Source: a bacterium (lineage in GTDB: Bacteria > Hinthialibacterota > Hinthialibacteria > Hinthialibacterales > Hinthialibacteraceae). From it: a stretch of 29,811 nt of DNA. The first letter of the stretch is position 1. Each line of letters opens with the position of its first letter. The translations under genes were made by a program, and so were the position numbers. The stretch covers positions 1 to 29,811 of the forward strand of contig CAXXSM010000054.1 in the NCBI GenBank assembly GCA_963663405.2, in the 5' to 3' direction. Under the pieces are notes generated by a model. It saw nothing but the letters and a program-made list of their open reading frames with translations. It did not search any database and was not told where the DNA came from. Below are positions 28,942 through 29,811 of this stretch, piece after piece.

Positions 28942-29364
28942 CTACTCCTTTTGACTTGTTCTTTGTTTTGCAAGAAATTGTTTTGTGCGTCCTTTGCGTT
29001 GATTGAAGATATGCAACGCTCCGCTGCCCCATTCGTACATCAGCGCAGCGGTCAAGATTAGGATAAACACACCAGCTACAGCGAAACCTGTCCATCCCGC
29101 TTCACGCACAGCGACAGACCAGGAGAATAAAAACACCGCCTCCAGATCGAATATGACAAATAGAATGGCGATAAGATAAAACTGAGAGGAAAACCGCATC
29201 CGGGCCATCCCGGTTGTTTCCACGCCCGATTCGTAGGGTTCATGTTTTTCCGCGCTTTGACGCGATTCCCCTAGAAGATACGAAAGCAACATGATTGCGC
29301 TCACAAGGCCTGTTACCGCGGCGCCATATACAACAAAAGACCATTCGATATTGGATTGTTCCAT
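28942..29364 (-). CDS. nuoA: NADH-quinone oxidoreductase subunit A
   Basis: [28 protein letters not shown]; ATG at 29364 after AGGGAAG. Confidence 0.95.
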   Translation of the reverse strand: MEQSNIEWSFVVYGAAVTGLVSAIMLLSYLLGESRQSAEKHEPYESGVETTGMARMRFSSQFYLIAILFVIFDLEAVFLFSWSVAVREAGWTGFAVAGVFILILTAALMYEWGSGALHIFNQRKGRTKQFLAKQRTSQKE

Positions 29365-29716
29365 ATGATCTTCCCTGAAAACAAAATATAAAATTAGATT
29401 ATACAACAAGAGAACCGATTCTAAATGGAAAATTTTCTGAAGTGCAGATGTTTAAGAAAATAATGGTTTTTTGATTCGCTCTCAATGAACCTGAGGTTTG
29501 ACTTTAACATGTTATGCGTATTTTTAAAGAATGGAAACGTCGAATAGGAATTACTCACACTGGATAAGCCTATTTTCTTTTTTAAAAACCAGGAAGGTAT
29601 AGTCTTAAAACTTCAATCTGATTCTGGATGACTTCTATTTTCAATCATTAAAAGAGAAAAAAGATGTAAATTCCTATGTTAAATGTTTACCCTATTTACA
29701 AGACGTATAAGAATTT

Positions 29717-29809
29717 TCACGCAAACATATAAATCCCTCCATCCCCCGAAGCGATAATAAGCCGTCCCTGGGGATCAAACGCGGGTTGGCAGCGGATCGC
29801 CCGGTCGGC
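29717..29809 (-). CDS. C-terminal end of a PQQ-like/BamB-type beta-propeller protein (truncated by window edge)
   Basis: Minus strand ADRAIRCQPAFDPQGRLIIASGDGGIYMFA-stop resembles a PQQ-like blade (I..sPa.d..G.l.vgs.DG.ly). GC-rich coding-like sequence ends at the AT-rich nuo upstream region. Confidence 0.5.
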   Translation of the reverse strand, partial: ADRAIRCQPAFDPQGRLIIASGDGGIYMFA

Positions 29810-29811
29810 TT

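Noticed and set aside
14932-29095. Many 60-180 aa ORFs antisense to or overlapping nuo genes
   Set aside because: Shadow ORFs of conserved genes with no recognisable motifs or RBS.

Overview
Bacterial chromosomal window, mostly core metabolism. Left to right: the 3' end of recJ, a GT2 glycosyltransferase, yjbQ, a secreted double-LamG protein, a nagA-like gene with a secreted ceramidase-like amidohydrolase (minus strand), a Bacillus-type sdhCAB operon, a secreted CBM9/DOMON-like protein, an alkaline-phosphatase-fold/TPR lipoprotein, an Hsp20 gene with a sigma-54 promoter and IHF site, and a complete E. coli-type nuoA-N operon (fused nuoCD, long nuoG). About 16 reading-frame breaks lie between 1.9 and 9.8 kb. 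All are fixed by deleting one base from a short mononucleotide run, which points to long-read errors rather than pseudogenes. Best leads: (1) two unrelated secreted proteins appear to share a C-terminal S-x-x-x-W-M-x-Y-stop tail, a candidate sorting signal, although one copy needs frameshift repair; (2) the AP-fold lipoprotein lacks every expected catalytic residue and carries a Gly/Met-rich linker plus TPRs, with a parvulin-like relic just upstream. No rRNA, tRNA, CRISPR or mobile element was recognised. All family calls come from motif recognition by eye, not database searches.
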